The notes under the pieces were generated by a model that worked only from the letters and a program-made list of their open reading frames with translations, did no database searches and had not been told where the DNA came from. Made by a program: the position numbers and the translations under genes. From positions 9,486,001-9,550,000 of the forward strand of contig OZ024756.1 of NCBI GenBank assembly GCA_964016885.1: 64,000 nt of DNA, read 5' to 3'. Positions 55,906-64,000 of this stretch are shown here, piece after piece. The stretch is from Eledone cirrhosa (taxonomy: Eukaryota). Each line of letters starts with the position of its first letter. Position 1 is the stretch's first letter.

Positions 55906-57628
55906 AGTGTGTATGTATCAGTGTATATATGTATGTATCAGTGTGTGTCTGTGTGTGTGTCAGTGTGTATGTATCAGTGTATATATGTATGTATCAGTGT
56001 GTGTGTGTGTGTGTGTGTCAGTGTATATATGTATGTATCAGTGTGTGTGTGTGTGTGTCAGTGTGAATGTATCAGTGTGTGTGTATGTGTGTGTGTGTCA
56101 GTGTGTATGTATCAGTGTATATCTGTATGTATCAGTGTGTGTGTGTGTCAGTGTCCATGTGTCAGTGTATATCTGTATGTATCAGTGTGTCTGTGTGTGT
56201 CAGTGTGTATGTGTCAGTGCATATATGTATGTATCAGTGTGTGTGTATGTGTGTGTGTGTAAGTGTGTATGTATCAGTGTATATCTGTATGTATCAGTGT
56301 GTGTGTGTGTCAGTGTGTATGTGTCAGTGTATATATGTATGTATCAGTGTGTCTGTGTGTGTCAGTGTGTATGTGTCAGTGTACATATGTATGTATCAGT
56401 GTGTGTGTGTGTCAGTGTGTATGTTTCAGTGTATATATGTATGTATCAGTGTGTGTGTGTGTCAGTGTGTATGTGTCAGTGTATATATGTATGTATCAGT
56501 GTGTGCGTGTGTCAGTGTGTATGTGTCAGTGTATATATGTATGTATCAGTGTGTGTGTGTGTGTCAGTGTGTATGTATCAGTGTATATATGTATGTATCA
56601 GTGTATATATGTATGTATCAGTGTGTGTGTGTGTGTGTCAGTGTGTATGTATCAGTGTGTGTGTATGTGTGTGTGTGTCAGTGTGTATGTGTCAGTGTAT
56701 ATATGTATGTATGTATCAGTGTGTGTGTGTGTGTCAGTGTGTATGTATCAGTGTATATATGTATGTATCAGTGTGTGTGTGTCAGTGTGTATGTATCAGT
56801 GTAAATATGTATGTATCAGTGTGTGTGTGTGTGTCAGTGTGTATGTATCAGTGTATATATGTATGTATCAGTGTGTGTGTCAGTGTGTATGTGTCAGTGT
56901 ATATATGTATGTATCAGTGTGTGTGTGTGTGTCAGTGTGTATGTATCAGTGTATATATGTATGTATCAGTGTGTGTGTGTGTGTGTGTGTCAGTGTATAT
57001 ATGTATGTATCAGTGTGTGTGTGTGTGTGTGTCAGTGTGTATGTATCAGTGTATATATGTATGTATCAGTGTGTGTGTCAGTGTGTATGTGTCAGTGTAT
57101 ATATGTATGTATCAGTGTGTCTGTGTCTGTGTCAGTGTGTATGTATCAGTGTATATATGTATGTATCAGTGTGTGTGTGTGTGTGTGTGTCAGTGTATAT
57201 ATGTATGTATCAGTGTGTGTGTGTGTGTGTGTCAGTGTGTATGTATCAGTGTATATATGTATGTATCAGTGTGTGTGTTAGTGTGTATGTGTCAGTGTAT
57301 ATATGTATGTATCACTGTGTCTGTGTGTGTCAGTGTGTATGTATCAGTGTATATATGTATGTATCAGTGTGTGTCTGTGTGTGTGTCAGTGTGTATGTAT
57401 CAGTGTATATATGTATGTATCAGTGTGTGTGTATGTGTCAGTGTGTATGTATCAGTGTATATATGTATGTATCAGTGTGTGTGTGTGTCAGTGTGTATGT
57501 ATCAGCGTATATATGTATGTATCAGTGTGTGTGTGTGTCAGTGTGTATGTATCAGTGTATATATGTATGTATCAGTGTGTGTGTGTGTGTGTGTCAGTGT
57601 GTATGTATCAGTGTATATATGTATGTAT

Positions 57629-57669
<41 letters not shown>

Positions 57670-59298
57670 AGTGTGTATGTATCAGTGTATATATGTATGT
57701 ATCAGTGTGTGTGTGTGTGTCAGTGTGTATGTATCAGTGTATATATGTATGTATCAGTGTGTGTGTGTCAGTGTGTATGTATCAGTGTATATCTGTATGT
57801 ATCAGTGTGTGTGTGTGTCAGTGTCCATGTGTCAGTGTATATCTGTATGCATCAGTGTGTCTGTGTGTGTCAGTGTATATGTGTCAGTGCATATATGTAT
57901 GTATCAGTGTGTGTGTATGTGTGTGTGTGTCAGTGTGTATGTATCAGTGTATATCTGTATGTATCAGTGTGTGTGTGTGTCAGTGTGTATGTGTCAGTGT
58001 ATATATGTATGTATCAGTGTGTCTGTGTGTGTCAGTGTGTATGTGTCAGTGTACATATGTATGTATCAGTGTGTGTGTGTGTCAGTGTGTATGTTTCAGT
58101 GTATATATGTATGTATCAGTGTGTGTGTGTGTCAGTGTGTATGTGTCAGTGTATATATGTATGTATCAGTGTGTGTGTGTGTCAGTGTGTATGTGTCAGT
58201 GTATATATGTATGTATCAGTGTGTGTGTGTGTGTCAGTGTGTATGTATCAGTGTATATATGTATGTATCAGTGTATATATGTATGTATCAGTGTGTGTGT
58301 GTGTGTGTCAGTGTGTATGTATCAGTGTGTGTGTATGTGTGTGTGTGTCAGTGTGTATGTGTCAGTGTATATATGTATGTATGTATCAGTGTGTGTGTGT
58401 GTGTCAGTGTGTATGTATCAGTGTATATATGTATGTATCAGTGTGTGTGTGTCAGTGTGTATGTATCAGTGTAAATATGTATGTATCAGTGTGTGTGTGT
58501 GTGTCAGTGTGTATGTATCAGTGTATATATGTATGTATCAGTGTGTGTGTCAGTGTGTATGTGTCAGTGTATATATGTATGTATCAGTGTGTGTGTGTGT
58601 GTCAGTGTGTATGTATCAGTGTATATATGTATGTATCAGTGTGTGTGTGTGTGTGTGTGTCAGTGTATATATGTATGTATCAGTGTGTGTGTGTGTGTGT
58701 GTCAGTGTGTATGTATCAGTGTATATATGTATGTATCAGTGTGTGTGTCAGTGTGTATGTGTCAGTGTATATATGTATGTATCAGTGTGTCTGTGTCTGT
58801 GTCAGTGTGTATGTATCAGTGTATATATGTATGTATCAGTGTGTGTGTGTGTGTGTGTGTCAGTGTATATATGTATGTATCAGTGTGTGTGTGTGTGTGT
58901 GTCAGTGTGTATGTATCAGTGTATATATGTATGTATCAGTGTGTGTGTTAGTGTGTATGTGTCAGTGTATATATGTATGTATCACTGTGTCTGTGTGTGT
59001 CAGTGTGTATGTATCAGTGTATATATGTATGTATCAGTGTGTGTCTGTGTGTGTGTCAGTGTGTATGTATCAGTGTATATATGTATGTATCAGTGTGTGT
59101 GTATGTGTCAGTGTGTATGTATCAGTGTATATATGTATGTATCAGTGTGTGTGTGTGTCAGTGTGTATGTATCAGCGTATATATGTATGTATCAGTGTGT
59201 GTGTGTGTCAGTGTGTATGTATCAGTGTATATATGTATGTATCAGTGTGTGTGTGTGTGTGTGTCAGTGTGTATGTATCAGTGTATATATGTATGTAT

Positions 59299-59339
<41 letters not shown>

Positions 59340-60570
59340 AGTGTGTATGTATCAGTGTATATATGTATGTATCAGTGTGTGTGTGTGTGTCAGTGTGTAT
59401 GTATCAGTGTATATATGTATGTATCAGTGTGTGTGTGTCAGTGTGTATGTATCAGTGTATATCTGTATGTATCAGTGTGTGTGTGTGTCAGTGTCCATGT
59501 GTCAGTGTATATCTGTATGCATCAGTGTGTCTGTGTGTGTCAGTGTATATGTGTCAGTGCATATATGTATGTATCAGTGTGTGTGTATGTGTGTGTGTGT
59601 CAGTGTGTATGTATCAGTGTATATCTGTATGTATCAGTGTGTGTGTGTGTCAGTGTGTATGTGTCAGTGTATATATGTATGTATCAGTGTGTCTGTGTGT
59701 GTCAGTGTGTATGTGTCAGTGTACATATGTATGTATCAGTGTGTGTGTGTGTCAGTGTGTATGTGTCAGTGTATATATGTATGTATCAGTGTGTGTGTGT
59801 GTCAGTGTGTATGTGTCAGTGTATATATGTATGTATCAGTGTGTGTGTGTGTCAGTGTGTATGTGTCAGTGTATATATGTATGTATCAGTGTGTGTGTGT
59901 GTGTCAGTGTGTATGTATCAGTGTATATATGTATGTATCAGTGTGTGTGTGTGTGTCAGTGTATGTATCAGTGTATATATGTATGTATCAGTGTGTGTGT
60001 GTGTGTCAGTGTGTATGTATCAGTGTGTGTGTATGTGTGTGTGTGTCAGTGTGTATGTGTCAGTGTATATATGTATGTATGTATCAGTGTGTGTGTGTGT
60101 GTCAGTGTGTATGTATCAGTGTATATATGTATGTATCAGTGTGTGTGTGTCAGTGTGTATGTATCAGTGTATATATGTATGTATCAGTGTGTGTGTGTGT
60201 GTCAGTGTGTATGTATCAGTGTATATATGTATGTATCAGTGTGTGTGTGTGTGTGTCAGTGTGTATGTGTCAGTGTAGATATGTATGTATCAATGTGTGT
60301 GTGTGTGTGTCAGTGTGTATGTGTCACTGTGTATGTGTCAGTGTATATATGTATGTATCAGTGTGTGTGTGTCTGTGTCAGTGTGTATGTATCAGTGTAT
60401 ATATGTATGTATCAGTGTGTGTGTGTGTGTGTCAGTGTGTATGTATCAGTGTATATATGTATGTATCAGTGTGTGTGTATGTGTCAGTGTGTATGTGTCA
60501 GTGTATATATGTATGTATCAGTGTGTGTGTGTGTGTCAGTGTGTATGTATCAGTGTATATATGTAAGTAT

Positions 60571-60621
<51 letters not shown>

Positions 60622-62298
60622 ATTGTGTATGTAGCAGTGTATATATGTATGTATCAGTGTGTGTGTGTGTGTGTGTGTGTGTGTCAGTGTGTATGTATCT
60701 GTGTAAATATGTATGTATCAGTGTGTGTGTGTGTGTGTGTGTCAGTGTGTATGTATCTGTGTATACATGTATGTATCAGTGTGTGTATATGTCAGTGTGT
60801 ATGTATCAGTGTGTGTGTATGTGTCAGTGTGTATGTATAAGTATATATATGTATGTATCAGTGTGTGTGTATGTGTCAGTATGTATGTATCAGTGTATAT
60901 ATGTATGTATCAGTGTGTGAGTGTGTCAGTGTGTATGTATCAGTGTATATATGTATGTATCAGTGTGTGTGTGTGTCAGTGTGTATGTATCAGTGTATAT
61001 ATGTATGTATCAGTGTGTGTGTGTGTGTCAGTGTGTATGTATCAGTGTATATATGTATGTATCAGTGTGTGTGTGTGTGTGTCAGTGTGTATGTATCAGT
61101 GTATATATGAATGTATCAGTGTGTGTGTGTCAGTGTGTATGTATCAGTGTATATATGTATGTATCAGTGTGTGTATGTATGTATCAGTGTATATATGTAT
61201 GTATCAGTGTGTGTGTGTGTGTCAGTGTGTATGTATCAGTGTATATATATATGTATCAGTGTGTGTGTGTCTGTCAGTGTGTATGTGTCAGTGTATATAT
61301 GTATGTATCAGTGTGTATGTGTGTGTCAGTGTGTATGTATCAGTGTATATATGTATGTATCAGTGTGTGTGTCAGTGTGTATGTATCAGTGTATATATGT
61401 ATGTATCAGTGTGTGTCAGTGTGTATGTATCAGTGTGTGTGTGTGTGTGTCAGTGTATATATGTATGTATCAGTGTGTGTGTGTGTGTGTGTCAGTGTGT
61501 ATGTATCAGTGTATATATGTATGTATCAGTGTGTGTGTGTGTGTGTCAGTGTGTATGTGTCAGTGTATATATGTATGTATGTATCAGTGTGTGTGTGTGT
61601 GTCAGTGTGTATGTATCAGTGTATATATGTATGTATCAGTGTGTGTGTGTCAGTGTGTATGTATCAGTGTATATATGTATGTATCAGTGTGTGTGTGTGT
61701 GTCAGTGTGTATGTATCAGTGTATATATGTATGTATCAGTGTGTGTGTGTGTGTGTCAGTGTGTATGTGTCAGTGTATATATGTATGTATCAGTGTGTGT
61801 GTGTGTGTCAGTGTGTATGTGTCAGTGTATATATGTATGTATCAGTGTGTCTGTGTCTGTGTCAGTGTGTATGTATCAGTGTATATATGTATGTATCAGT
61901 GTGTGTGTGTGTGTGTCAGTGTATATATGTATGTATCAGTGTGTGTGTGTCAGTGTGTATGTATCAGTGTATATATGTATGTATCAGTGTGTGTGTCAGT
62001 GTGTATGTGTCAGTGTATATATGTATGTATCAGTGTGTCTGTGTGTGTCAATGTGTATGTATCAGTGTATATATGTATGTATCAGTGTGTGTGTATGTGT
62101 GTGTCAGTGTGTATGTATCAGTGTATATATGTATGTATCAGTGTGTGTGTGTGTCAGTGTGTATGTATCAGCGTATATATGTATGTATCAGTGTGTGTGT
62201 GTGTCAGTGTGTATGTATCAGTGTATATATGTATGTATCAGTGTGTGTGTGTGTGTGTGTGTGTCAGTGTGTATGTATCAGTGTATATATGTATGTAT

Positions 62299-62331
<33 letters not shown>

Positions 62332-64000
62332 AGTGTGTATGTATCAGTGTATATATGTATGTATCAGTGTGTGTCTGTGTGTGTGTCAGTGTGTATGTAT
62401 CAGTGTATATATGTATGTATCTGTGTGTGTGTGTGTGTCAGTGTATATGTATCAGTGTATATATGTATGTATCAGTGTGTGTGTGTCAGTGTGTATGTAT
62501 CAGTGTATATATGTATGTATCAGTGTGTGTGTGTGTCAGTGTGTATGTATCAGTGTATATATGTATGTATCAGTGTGTATGTGTGTGTCAGTGTGTATGT
62601 ATCAGTGTATATATGTATGTATCAGTGTGTGTCAGTGTGTATGTATCAGTGTGTGTGTGTCAGTGTATATATGTATGTATCAGTGTGTGTGTGTGTCAGT
62701 GTGTATGTATCAGTGTGTGTGTGTGTGTGTGTCAGTGTATATATGTATGTATCAGTGTGTGTGTGTGTGTGTGTCAGTGTGTATGTATCAGTGTGTGTGT
62801 ATGTGTGTGTGTTTCAGTGTGTATGTATCAGTGTATATCTGTATGTATCAGTGTGTGTGTGTGTCAGTGTCCATGTGTCAGTGTATATCTGTATGTATCA
62901 GTGTGTCTGTGTGTGTCTGTGTGTATGTGTCAGTGGATATATGTATGTATCAGTGTGTGTGTATGTGTGTGTGTGTCAGTGTGTATGTATCAGTGTATAT
63001 CTGTATGTATCAGTGTGTGTGTCAGTGTGTATGTGTCAGTGTATATATGTATGTATCAGTGTGTCTGTGTGTGTCAGTGTGTATGTGTCAGTGTACATAT
63101 GTATGTATCAGTGTGTGTGTGTGTCAGTGTGTATGTGTCAGTGTATATATGTATGTATCAGTGTGTGTGTGTGTCAGTGTGTATGTGTCAGTGTATATAT
63201 GTATGTATCAGTGTGTGTGTGTGTCAGTGTGTATGTGTCAGTGTATATATGTATGTATCAGTGTGTGTGTGTGTGTCAGTGTGTATGTATCAGTGTATAT
63301 ATGTATGTATCAGTGTGTGTGTGTGTGTGTCAGTGTGTATGTATCAGTGTGTGTGTATGTGTGTGTGTGTCAGTGTGTATGTGTCAGTGTATATATGTAT
63401 GTATCAGTGTGTGTGTGTGTGTCAGTGTGTATGTATCAGTGTATATATGTATGTATCAGTGTGTGTGTGTCAGTGTGTATGTATCAGTGTATATATGTAT
63501 GTATCAGTGTGTGTGTGTGTGTCAGTGTGTATGTATCAGTGTATATATGTATGTATCAGTGTGTGTGTGTGTGTGTCAGTGTGTATGTGTCAGTGTATAT
63601 ATGTATGTATCAGTGTGTGTGTGTGTGTCAGTGTGTATGTGTCAGTGTATATATGTATGTATCACTGTGTGTGTGTCTGTGTCAGTGTGTATGTATCAGT
63701 GTATATATGTATGTATCAGTGTGTGTGTGTGTGTGTGTCAGTGTGTATGTATCAGTGTATATATGTATGTATCAGTGTGTGTGTGTGTGTGTCAGTGTGT
63801 ATGTATCAGTGTATATATGAATGTATCAGTGTGTGTGTGTCAGTGTGTATGTATCAGTGTATATATGTATGTATCAGTGTGTGTATGTATGTATCAGTGT
63901 ATATATGTATGTATCAGTGTGTGTGTGTGTGTGTCAGTGTGTATGTATCAGTGTATATATATATGTATCAGTGTGTGTGTGTCTGTCAGTGTGTATGTGT
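25194..64000. repeat. ~39 kb TCAG-punctuated TG/TA satellite array, running off the window end
   Basis: Monomers TCAG(TG)n, TCAGTGTGTATGT(A/G) and TCAGTGTATATATGTATGTA throughout, with no unique sequence. Confidence 0.98.

Noticed and set aside
25193-63820. Very long ORFs (up to 3799 aa) rich in C/V/Y/M/S/Q
   Set aside because: They arise because the + strand of the TG/TA/TCAG satellite rarely forms stop codons. All three frames are open with the same repeat translation, so there is no evidence of coding.

Overview
Gene-poor, AT-rich eukaryotic DNA. The SINE content and repeat style suggest an octopus/cephalopod genome (inference). No intact host gene is evident, and nearly all listed ORFs are translations of simple repeats. 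Bases 1-25.2 kb are a mosaic of microsatellites, minisatellites and mobile-element fragments. These include a 5'-truncated Penelope-like element (PLE) whose GIY-YIG endonuclease remnant (1877-2251) is missed by the ORF track and whose ~1.05 kb pLTR is duplicated in inverted orientation, an R4/Dong-like RLE LINE 3' end, an internally deleted RTE-like element, a Helitron-like element and at least 11 tRNA-derived SINE copies or fragments. The main unannotated signal is a dense set of type I hammerhead ribozyme (HHR) motifs from about 8-9 sequence-distinct short elements, mostly in (TA)n tracts and often as inverted pairs. Three unrelated families carry the compensatory U3:A8 core (UUGANAA) instead of C3:G8 (CUGANGA). 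Bases 25.2-64 kb are one ~39 kb TCAG-punctuated (TG/TA) satellite with nested kb-scale duplications.
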